A stretch of DNA of 64,000 bases. Origin: Rhizaria sp. SCN 62-66. Its lineage: Eukaryota. Shown one piece after another: positions 40,483 through 51,500 of this stretch. A program made the translations under genes and the position numbers. The notes below the pieces were generated by a model. That model saw nothing but the letters and a program-made list of their open reading frames with translations, had not been told where the DNA came from and ran no database searches. The stretch's first letter is position 1. Each line of letters opens with the position of its first letter. Where the stretch lies: assembly GCA_001724265.1 (NCBI GenBank), contig MEDY01000048.1:1-64000 (forward strand). Reading direction: 5' to 3'.

Positions 40483-40991
40483 AGTATGACTACGAGCATG
40501 CGAAAATACGAGTAATATTATGGTTATATAGCTGATGAATGATTTATTATTACCAGAGTACAAAAGCAAGGCTTGTCATAACGCCATTTTTTGTATCTTT
40601 GCTTCGTGTGGCTGATGGTTTGACTGTCGGTCTTGAATTTAACCACCGAATTTAACAAGCCTACCTTGAAAAATACATTGAATTACCTATTTCATAGTAT
40701 GTCGGATGTAATTGTTGATGTGCTCACTCGAGTATTAACTGTTTAGGAGTTGAAAAGTCACGAAATATGTTCTGACCACAAACACCTTCGAGATGCACAC
40801 GAGGCAAACGGGTCGTCGACAACTTCCGAATCAACATGTGTACAGCCTCGCACTGACCGTGAAACGCAAATGCCGCAACACACGGGGTATTCAACTTAAT
40901 GTTTAACCCTGCTCTTTTCAAGAAACTCTCTCACGCGAATATTATCCCTGAAATATCCTCCCTGCTTTGTCTGACTTCGAGACACAGCTTG

Positions 40992-43900
40992 ATGAAACCC
41001 GTCCGCTACGTAGCTCTATCAAGCTCCCTCGACGTCGGGTTCTGGACTGCGTTCGTCAAGCGCAAGATCGAAGTTGACAAGCTTGACGAGCGCTCGCTGA
41101 ACCTGCTGGGGCTCTACACCACCACGTCTCGCCCGCAAATCCCCCCGCGTCTCACCCTCTCTGGAGACTTCTCCTACTCGCTCACATCATCGTACGTATC
41201 TCACTCGAAACAAAGCTAAACAAACGCATACCATACGAAAGAGACGCTCGTCTTACCAAATACGCGTGGTATGTACTCATATACTCTGTTTTTACTCTTT
41301 TTCTGCGTTTCCTCTCCCGCTTCAGTCCTGGCGCGATCAATGTGCCCGTGCCCGTGACCCTGCGCAACTACAACACGCGCGAGGGCTTCCTCGCCGCCCC
41401 GTTCTCCGCCTGGGACGCCGACCTCACCGCGCGCGCGTGGGCCGCCGTGCTCTCCGGCCGCGCCTTCCTCGCCCCGCACGTGCTGACGCAGCTGGGCGTG
41501 TTTGTGTTCGCCAACCTCAAGACGAACAAGTTCCTCTACCGCGTCAGCATGCCGTCTCTGCGCCCGTCGCACCTCGCAGTCTCCTACTGCGGCACGGACG
41601 CTGCCAGTGGCGACGCGGCGGCTGATAACGCGGGCATGGTGCCGATCAGCCAGGTTTTGACCGACAAGCAGTACAACGAGCTACTGAACGGTATCGCCTC
41701 ACTCTATAACAATACCACTGGCAACGCTACCGGTGACAGCTCGAACGTCAGCGCTACCGCGAGCGCCCCCGCTGCATTCATTGTGCACACCGACAACACT
41801 GGCGCCCTCTCCGTCTCCCCCTTTGCCACGCTCGCAATGCTCTCTGACATCACCCGCCACTACAACGCCGACGCCGCCGCGGCCGACGCAGGCGTTGCCG
41901 CAGTCGTCTGTGTGCCTGACTGGGCCAAGCCCGCCGCGCTCGCCCTCGCCGCCTCTCTCGCCAGCCGCAGCAACAACAACTGTGGCAGCGGCGGTCCCAA
42001 CAGCAGTAGGTTCATGCTCGGCTTCACGGACCCCGCGCTGCTAACCGACGGACCCGGTGCCCCGCTGCGCGCTCTCCTCGCAGCGGCCGCACTCGTGCTG
42101 CCCGCCGAGGCGCTCGCGGCGCTCACGGTCGTCTGCTTCAGGGACATCGTCAGCGCGGCGCAACACCGCGGCGTTATTGCAGCAACAACCAGCCCCGTGA
42201 GCAGTTGCAGCGAGGCAGCGGACGCTGCTGTGTCCGCCGTTGCCGAGGCCAAGTCGACCGTGTTCACAGCCTGCATCAGCGCCAGCTACCCCGCCGAGCT
42301 GGTCGCATACGCCCGCGCCTCCGCGCTCGCAGTTGTCTACGCCGTCTCTGAGGGCGCCAGTACAGCGGCTGAGGCATCCCGCATCATCAACAGTGCGGTG
42401 GCTGCCGCCATCAGCATCAGCGCCGGTAGCGCAGATGGCGCGGCGAACGCTGCCGTTCCGTCCCGCCGTGACGCGCCTGCGAGCTCCGACGACGTCGCCG
42501 TTGACGAGTCACGCGCTGTCGCGACCACGTTGCGTGGGTTCTGTTTAAACACCCCGATAAGCTCCCCCTTAGCCGGCCTGAACCTGTCCTCGGCGCTGGC
42601 CAAGTGGCCTGCAGAGGGCGTTTCGTACTGGGAAAGCGACGAGTCCGGACGCGCGCGGCCGCGGGTTGTGGACCTCAGTGCGCAGCTTGATAAGTACAAG
42701 ATTATGGAGACGAGTGTGGACCTCAATCTGAAGCTTATGAAGTGGAGGTTGCTACCTAATCTCAACCTTGACACCATTGCAAGCACAAAGTACGTCAAGC
42801 GCTGCATAAATCGTCTACGATATCAGGTCCTCTTATTTCAAAACTACATGCAATGCTCTTAAAACAAAATATAAATGTCAATTTCTAACAGTTGTGATTG
42901 TTGTTGTGAATAATATTGCACTGAACAGGGTTTTGCTGGTCGGCTCTGGCACACTGGGCTGTAACGTGGCGCGTGCACTGCTCGCCTGGGGCGTCCGCGA
43001 CTTCACCTTTATTGACAACGGCCGCGTCTCGGCCTCGAACCCGGTGCGCCAGTCGCTTTTCACCGCGCTGGACTGCGCAGACGGCGGCCGCCACAAAGCG
43101 CTCGCGGCGGCCATGGGGCTAAAGGCAATCTTTCCGGGGGTCCGCGCTAAGGCCGTGTCGCTCAGCATCCCGATGCCGGGCCACGGCGCCGGTACTGCCG
43201 CTGCCGCTGCTGCTGCTGCTTCGACCACTGCCACTGCCAGTGCTGGCGCGTCGACCGCGCAGCCGAAGCCGACCCGCGTCCCCGTCCCGATCCTCTGTCC
43301 CAACAACAGCACGAGTACCCCCACGGGCTCCGTCGCGGGTACCGTCGCGGGTACAGGTGGCGGCGGTGCGCAGGAGGCCGCGTGCGACGAGTACAACAGC
43401 GTCGAGTTCACTGTGTACCCGGACGTCGCCGCTGTGGCCGCCGACGCACTGTCCGCGCTCATCGCCGAGGCTGACGCGGTGTTCCTGCTCACCGACTCGC
43501 GCGAGTCGCGCTGGCTGCCGACGGTGCTCTGCCAGGCGCACGACAAGCTGTGCGTCAACGCGGCGATGGGCTTCGACAGCTTTGTGGTGATGCGCCACGG
43601 TGCGCGTCCGCTGGTCAAGGAGGAGAAGAAGAAAAAGATGTCCTCTCAGGGCGCCGATGATGCCGCCGCCAGCAGTAGTACCCGTGACGCCCACAGTCAC
43701 TTCACGAGCGACTTGGGCGTGGACTGGTCGCGGCGGCCTAACTTCGGGTGCTACTTCTGCGCCGACATCGTCACCCCGGCCAACTCGCTCAAGGACCGGA
43801 GCCTGGATCAGCAGTGCACGGTGACGCGGCCGGGGCTGTCGCTGGTGACGTCTGCGCTCGCGGCCGAGCTCGCGATTGCGGTGACGCAGCACCGGAAGCG

Positions 43901-44471
43901 TCACCGCGCCGCGCCTATCTCCACCGACACTAGCGGCCACCAGCACACCAACAGCAGCAGCAGCAGCAGTCGTAACGGCGGCTGTGCGAACAAGCGTGGC
44001 AACGGCAGCGGCAGTGGGCTGAATAGCAATGATGACGACGATAATGACGACGAGGACGACGACGATGACGAGGGCAATGACGACGGCGAGGCGACGGCGG
44101 GGCTGGGCGCGTTGCCGCAGCAGCTGCGCGGCTCGCTGTACACCCTGGCGCAGACTGCTATGCGTGGCGAGGCCCACGACGCGTGCTGCGGCTGCGGTGG
44201 CGCCGTCGTGCGCGCGGTGCGCGAACAGGGCGGTGCCGAGTTCATCGGCAAAGTGCTCCAGAACGCGAGCTTTCTGGACGAGTTCAGCGGGCTAGCCGAG
44301 ATCAGGCGGAAGGCGGAGGAGGCCGCGGCTGCCTGGGACCCCAGCGACTTTAGCGATGATGATGACGGCGAGAGTGATGGCAACGATGACGGTGATGGTG
44401 CCGGTGTCGGGAAGGACAAGAAGAAGGGCAAGGGCAAGAGGAGTGAGAGCGATGATTTCGATTTTGAGTAA
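40992..44471 (+). CDS. ATG7: ATG7, E1-like autophagy enzyme; 3 exons (40992-41191, 41326-42789, 42929-44471)
   Basis: SSLDVGFW..FVKRKIEVDKLDE; LRNYNTREGF; SVDLNLKLMKWRLLPNL; KVLLVGSGTLGC; VSASNPVRQSLF; SIPMPGH; FLLTDSRESRWLP; GFDSFVVMRHG; GCYFCAD; DRSLDQQCTVTRPG with the catalytic Cys. Confidence 0.97.
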
Positions 44472-44829
44472 CAACGAGGTTTATTGATCTCCGAGATGTG
44501 AGGGGAAGAACGAAATGTCCTCTGCTTCACTCCCTGGAAGGATGTTTAAGAAAAATCGAAATTTGTCTGCATGATATTGGAATTAAGAAACAATATTTTG
44601 TTGTTACGATAATATTTCCTGAATACAATTATTACAGTTGTTTAATTATTAGAATTCGTGTGATTGTATGTATTTAAGGTCCCAATGCATCCTCCCAAAC
44701 CAACTACTCCCACGTCGGCAGTTGTCTACTGAAAAGGCATCGTAAAGAAAGCTTTTAGTGAATAATGAGAGAATTTGGAAACTAGTAGTTTTTTATCTTG
44801 TCAAATAAAAAGAGATCTTGGTTGTATTA

Positions 44830-45042
44830 ATTGACCCACGTTGAAGATCAGGCAACACGAGCTTGAACTCTTCATGCGTCGTTTCAAGATGTTGTCAGCC
44901 TATGTTGTCAGCCTGTTTCAGTCGAGCCTTTGCAGATGTCAACGTGTCCTCACCATGGTCAGCCGCCGCAAGTTCTTCTTTAACCACTGTTAGCTACCCT
45001 ATAGTCTTAGACGCAGCGCCTACTAATTTCGCTTGAGCTGCA
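44830..45042 (-). pseudogene. Possible decayed coiled-coil coding relic resembling the N-terminus of the CRN/RHS gene
   Basis: Minus strand reads AAQAKLVGAASKTIG*LTVVKEELAAADHGEDTLTSAKARLKQADNIG*; compare ALAKARFKEADAE..AAAKL at nt 1-63. Contains stops and a 13-bp tandem duplication at 44889-44914. Confidence 0.3.
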
Positions 45043-45651
45043 GGACAACAGCTCGTGTACATAATAGATATACAGCTGTACGAGTAAAACAACCACGTAT
45101 GTTAGTCGTAAATAGATTGTTAAACCCGCACGAACATGACTGAGATATCGCCATTGGCCCGGGACTGTGTGAGAGACGGAGGGCCCTCTCAGGCCAGGAC
45201 ATGCGGGGACTATCCAGGCAAAAATGTACGATTTGTACTGTTACTTAGTACTAAAAGTACGAGTAACAGTGAAATAGGATGCTTGACGAACAGTGTTTAG
45301 TGACCTGACTCACACCACCGGCGATTATTAATATTATTTATACCAGTGTTTTCCAGGGATTTGCCTACTAGTCTACTTATACTTAGTACTTGTTGTACTT
45401 TTTTACAATACTAGTACTCATTGACATATTAATAGCATCTCATTGTACACGTACACTCATAGACTATTTTATCGGTCCAGCTGCTGCCTTGGCGGTTCTT
45501 CAACATAGCCATCAGCGGTCAAGTCGGGCATACGGAGACGACGAAATGCGCGACCATCTTATCGTCAAATATTGATATAGCAGTTAATTTAGAATGATTT
45601 TTCAAACTATATGTTCATTCTTTTATAACGTGCGTTGGTTCTTTTTCTAGA

Positions 45652-48556
45652 ATGTGGTCTCGTCGCGCAAACCTCGCCGACGAAGACGACAACTTCTCTG
45701 GTAATCCCCCCACCAGCACCCCGCCCGTGCCTGGCTCGGCCGTACCACCCGGTCGTCACCAAGGCGCCCCCGGCGACGATGACGAGGACACAGGCGGCGA
45801 TGGCGCCCCGTTTATGCAGTTCATGCCCCCAATGAACCGCAAGACGCTTTTCTCCAGCAACGACGCTGACATGTTGGCACAGCAAGACCAGTTTATGCGC
45901 TCGCGTGCGGCCCCCTCTGCGCACCTCGCGCGCCGGCCTGGCCCCCGGCTTGACCCCTCGTCAACAGCGCACTCCGCAGCGGGTATTACCGCATCGTCGC
46001 TTGCTGGGGATCCACTGGGCCAGCGCAGTGCCCCACATGTCACAGCGAGCCTCCCTCATGGCGCCTCTGCTGCGACCGCTGCGACTGCGAGTCAGTCTGC
46101 TGCTGCTGCAATGCGGCCGGCGCTGACTGACGCGACGCCAATGCTTGCTGCCACTGGCCCGATTAAGGAGAGGGTCCGGCCGCCCCGTTCCTCCAACATC
46201 AACGCTTCCTACAATAACAATACCGCCAATAGCATCGCTCAAAGCAACGGCCCTACCGACGACACAATGTTCACAGCTACCGCTGCTTCTGCTGCTGTTG
46301 CTGCTGCGGATGCCACCGCTCCGCAGACCGAGACAGATGCTCTGGTGCGCGTCCCGGTGACCGCGGCCGCCATCGCCGCCGCCGGTCTGAGCTCCCGTGT
46401 CAACCCGAGTCTGGGTCTGTCACACGCTCTAGGCGCAGGTGCCAACGCCGCCAGTGATAGCTCCAGCAGTCCGTCCTCGCGCGGGGCAGCTGTTGCGGGC
46501 GCCGCCGGCGGCTGCAACCCTGCCCGCTCGCTTCCCCGCGCGAGCCAGTCCCGCCCCGGCCGCAGCAGCAACCTCGGTCTTGACGACGATGCCGATTACG
46601 ACGAGGATGACTACGGCGAAGACGGCGCTGACCTCTGGCATAGCAGCGCGCCTTTCGCTCGCACAGCTGCTGCCTCTGCCGCTGGCGCTAGCGCTGCTGC
46701 TGCCGCTGCTGCCGCTGCTGCTGCTGCTGCTACTTCTGCTGATGCTGCTGCTGAGACTGCGGCTGCTGTGCCTGCGGGCCGGATGGCGCCGTCGGCAGTG
46801 CTGGTGCGGGCGCAGCGGCCGGCCGGAGGCGGCATTGTTGGCCTCAGCCGCGCTGCGCTTGACGCCGCGATTGTCGGACAGGTTTCGAAAAAAGACACGC
46901 CCTCCGAGGAGGAGCAGAGCGACACCACCGCCGCCGCCGCCGCTGCTGCCGCTACTGCTGCTGCTGCTGCTGCTTCTCAGACTAGCAGGCATGCGACTGT
47001 CGCAGCGAAGCGCGTTACATTCAGCGGCGACAACAACAACAACTGTGGTGATGGCAAGAGCGTGACTACCAACAACGCCGTGCTTGCAACGGCGAGTGAC
47101 CCTGCGCGGGAGGGCAGTGACACCGAGCAAGAGAGCGACGCGGAGGAGGCTGACATGCGCAAGCCCTTAGGCGGCCTTATCCCTCACTTCACTGGCGGTG
47201 GTAGCACGCGTACCGGAGGTACTGGCTCTGGCGGGGGCGCGAATACGCACTCTGAGGCGATTATGGCGCCCAACGGTGCAGTCACTGAGCGCACGCGTCC
47301 CGCCCGTGGCGCAAGCAAAGCCGGTCTAAGTACCGCTCTAAGCACCCCCCAGGCTCAGAGTCACACTCAGATTCCAACGCAGACCCAGAGTCAGGTCCAG
47401 AGTCATAGCCAGAGCCCCCCAAGTGCTACCAGTGGTGGGTCTATTCTCAGCGCCGCTACCAGGAAGCCGCGCGTGAAGGATCTTGTTGCACCTATCACAC
47501 AGCACCTCGAACATGAAGTTAAGCCGCGTGGAGTGGCTGCGCAGGAAGTAAAGCTGCTGTCGCAGGAAGTCAAGCCGCAGCCTCCGCATGGGTATGGTTT
47601 CCCAGTCGCTGAGTCGGTTTCTGCCGCAGTCAATAATCGCAACATCCGCAATGTGAAGAGCTCCACAAGTGCTGTTGCTGCTGCTGCTTCTGTTGCCGCG
47701 AGTGTTAATGCAGGTTTTACATCTGCTGCCAGTGCGACTGTCGGCGAGCGCACCCGTCCTGCCCGCAACAACAGCAACAGCAACAATAATATCAACAACG
47801 ACAACAACAACAACAATAACAGCAATAGTAGCAATAATAAGACGACGAGCGCGGTGACGCCTGCTATCCAGAGCTCTAACACTAACTCTAGCTCCACTAC
47901 GAGTGCAGGTGCGGGTGACAAGCCTCTGTCGGTCTTTGCGCAACAACGGCTTGCCCAACGCGCCAGCAGCAGCGACACCGCAGATGCAAGCAGTCTGAAT
48001 GTGAGTCGTATGATTCACCAGAGCTCTGCTTCTGTGCATGCACCCGCGAAGCAGCAGCGCTCGTTTGTGTCCCAACTGACCGCGACCGCATCGACCGTGC
48101 CGGTGGCCGAGATTGCTGCGTTCTCGCGCGAAAACGACGCCGCGCTGGCCCGCATGTCTGCTGCAGAGCTTGCGGCAGAGCAGGAGGAGCTGATGGCCTC
48201 GCTGTCGCCCGCTGTAATCGCGATGCTGCGGGCTCGTCGGGCGCCCAATCAGAGCAATATCGCTAACGCCATCGCTAACAATAACAATAACAACTCTGAC
48301 TCGACGACTACCAACGCCGGTGTCAATGCTAGTTCTAGCAGTGCGACCGAGTCGACTCCCGAGGATGCTGACGTTGATGACGGCGACGACGATGACGATA
48401 AGGGCGGCGGTGACATTGACGGCCACCGCGACGCCACTGCTGCCGCCGACGCTGCAGAGGCGTCTAAGTACCCCCTTACATCCTCTGGCGAAGTTGACTG
48501 GTACGCCGACCCGTACACTCTCGCAACCACTGCCCCTGAGGCACTTAAGCACACTT

Positions 48557-48588
<32 letters not shown>

Positions 48589-51500
48589 AGCACTCATGCA
48601 ACTGGCTTTGGTCCGAGTTCAATTGGCGATGCCACTGCCGCTGCCACCGCTGCTGCTGCGGCCGCCCGCGCCGCCGCTGCTTCGTGGATGCGGCCTGTCA
48701 CTGCCGAGGACGCCCGCTTGCTTGGCGACACCACCGCACCCTTAGCCGGTGTAAGTACCCCCTCAGACGGTGTAAGTTCCGGCGCGTCGGGAGGCATGCG
48801 TGTGCCCTTAGGCGGCGACATCTCGACACTGCCCACTGTCGCCGTCGCGAACTCCAACACACCCAACACTGGCCTTATGAACGCTAACGGTGGCGGTGTA
48901 CTTAGCGGCAGTGCGAGCGCGAGTGTCTCGGCTACGGAGGCGCGGATCGCTGCCGCTGTTGCTGCTGCTTCGGGTCTCACGTCGTCAGAAGCAGCGGCTT
49001 CCCGCGGTTTCACGCTCGCTGAGTTTAGCTACAGCCACAACATGATTAACCCTAACTCCGGGACACATATCAACTCTAACGCAAATGGCAGCACTATTAG
49101 TACGGCTGCTATCGCATCCTCCACTCGTTCTGACCCGTCTCAGCTCTCCCTCTCTGCCGCGGCCGCCGCCGTTTCCGCCGCCTACGGTCACACAGGCGGC
49201 GGCGGCGGTGTGTCAGAGCGCACTTTGCTCAGCGAGACCGGCCTCCCGGCTTCGCTGAGTCTCGACTGGGCCAACTGGCGCGTTGATCTGTCTGGCCTGC
49301 CTTTCGACGGGCTGGACCCTGCGACGGGCCTCCCGCTGCCGCCCGCCGCCGCCGCCGCCGCTGAGGCCGCCGCGGCCGCCGGCGCCCGCGAGCTGCTGCA
49401 CCACAGCGCTCAGGCGGCGCGGCCCGGCTACACGCTCAGCGAGCTGACTGACTTGGCCCGCAGCGCAGTCGCGGGGCAGAGGGCCCTGGCGCTGGCGGCG
49501 CTGACCGCCGTCGTAGCACGCGCGCGCAGGCACTTGTACCGCTATCCGATCATCGCCGCCGCGCAGCAGAAAGGGGAGGGGTCGCCCACCTCGCCTGTTT
49601 CAGCGTCCTCTTCAGTCCCCGCCGTCGTCGCCAGCGAGGTCGACTACTCGCACTTGGTGCTCAGCTACATGTTCTTGCGCGCGCGTGTGCCAACTCTGCT
49701 CCGCACGAGTCTCGATGACGTTTCGCCGACTGTGCGCGCGTCTGCGCTGTCGCTGCTGCGGGGGTGTTTGGACGCGGCACCCGGGGCTGACCCAACTGCG
49801 CCCGCCGCGGCCGCGGTCGCCAGCCTTAGTCGCCGGCTCCCGCAACCACCCCAGTCCTCACCCTCACCATCGCGATCGCAACCCCAGGCAGATGCACGGT
49901 CGCAGTTGCTGTTGCAGACGCAGTGGAGGCTTGACTCCGCAGCCGCCAGTGTCGCCGACACTGCGGCCTGGCATTCCCGGTGCACAAAGGACGGCGCCGG
50001 CGCTTTGTGGGGCGCGAGTGCTCTGTCACAGCAGAGTCTTGTCTACGCCAATGCAGCGTCGAACTTCGCTGCTGCTTATAACGCGAGCGTCAGCGACGAA
50101 GTGCGCACAGAGAACGATGCGAGTACGAATGCGGAGTCTACTGAGACTGAAACCGCAACCGCGAGCAGTGACCGTGAGCAGCTGCAGCAGCAGAAGGCAA
50201 CAATTGCATCGATGCTCTCTGTTGCTAACAACACGTGGCGCGGAGCATTAGCCCATGACTCCCTCCCTTGCCCTTTGCTCCCGTCGCCGACGCCGCAACT
50301 TGCTCTCTCTCTCACCTCGACCGCGACTGTGACTCACAACGCGCCTGCGACTACGAGCGGTGTGAGTAGTTTGAGCAATGTAGCCTTGCCGGTCCCCGCC
50401 CCTAGCTCCGTCGCGTTCGACCTCTGGGCCGGCCACCTGCTTCCCGCGGCCCGCCCCGCCGCCGCCGCCGCCGTCACCGCCCGTGCCCTCGCCCAATGCG
50501 CCGCGGACGAAGACGTTCCGGCCCGCTCCCGCGCGCTGCGCCGTCAGTTCGCCACGCTGGGAGGCGACGCAGAGGCGCAACTGCAGCGCCGGCTGCGTCG
50601 CGCGCGCGCCGCCACCGCGTCCAACCCGAACAATCCCGCCGCTTGCTCTAGCGCGAGTCAGGCTGCGAGCGAGACTGAGGCCGCTGCAGTGTCCGCTTCC
50701 GTCGCTTTGCTTCGCGAGACCCCTGAGGAGGTCGAGGCCGCCGGCGAAGCCGAGGCCGCCGCCGAGGCAGACGCTGCGCTGGGTGCGGTCGCCGGCGGCG
50801 AAGCGGCGTTGTCGCAGGACCAGTTAGCAACGTTTGACCTCGTAGCTTGCCTCTGCAATGAAGCGCTGCTGCCGCGGCTTCGGTACCTCGTCCAGTCAGC
50901 CGGCTCCACCGCCGCTGCCGCCATCGGCTCTAGCTCTAGTTCCGTGTCATCCTCAGTCAACGCGATGGCTTCAGCCGCGCTCGCGGAGCAAACCTCCGCG
51001 CTGCTGGCGCTAGACGCGGTCGCAGCGCACTCTGCGCGCGCGTGCGAGCTTGTATGGCATACGCCGCACTTGATTGACGCGCTCTGCTCCGCTCTCGCCG
51101 CGCCCGTCACGGCGAACAGCAGCACCACAACCAGCCCTGATACAGCCGCCACGCCAGTGCCTGCGAGTGCAGCTACGTTGGCGTCGCTGCCACTGTTGCG
51201 CCGTGACTTGGCTGCCCTGGGCTTGGCGACTCGGCTGTGCTCCTGGGAGCCCGCCGCTGCCGCCGAGCTCGCCGGCCGCCGCGGCGCTCTCGCACACGCG
51301 CTGCGCCACGTCGCCAACGCCGCCGCCGCAGTGGCGTCCCACTCCACGGCCCCTACAGCCGCTTTGACCGCGGACAACGCCGGCGCGGCGAGTGCGGTGG
51401 CGCGTGCGGCGGCGCTGTCGGCGGCATGCGCGTGCGGCGTCGCAGCGCTGCGGCTGTGGCGCGTGTGTCTGACCGCGGGCTCGGGCACGGCGCAGCTGCT

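Larger units (their letters stand above)
23353..50178. repeat. Dispersed 11-mer GTGACCGTGRG / CCCACGGTCAC inside exons
   Basis: Exact GTGACCGTGGG or its reverse complement at 24905, 26101, 27578, 27871, 35441, 36305, 36344, 36946, 36970 and 40172; GTGACCGTGAG at 23353 and 50168. Confidence 0.75.

Noticed and set aside
9808-44471. Lysosome/autophagy gene cluster (cathepsin, LAMTOR4, ATG7)
   Set aside because: The genes are interspersed with unrelated ones over 35 kb; no evidence beyond coincidence without synteny data.
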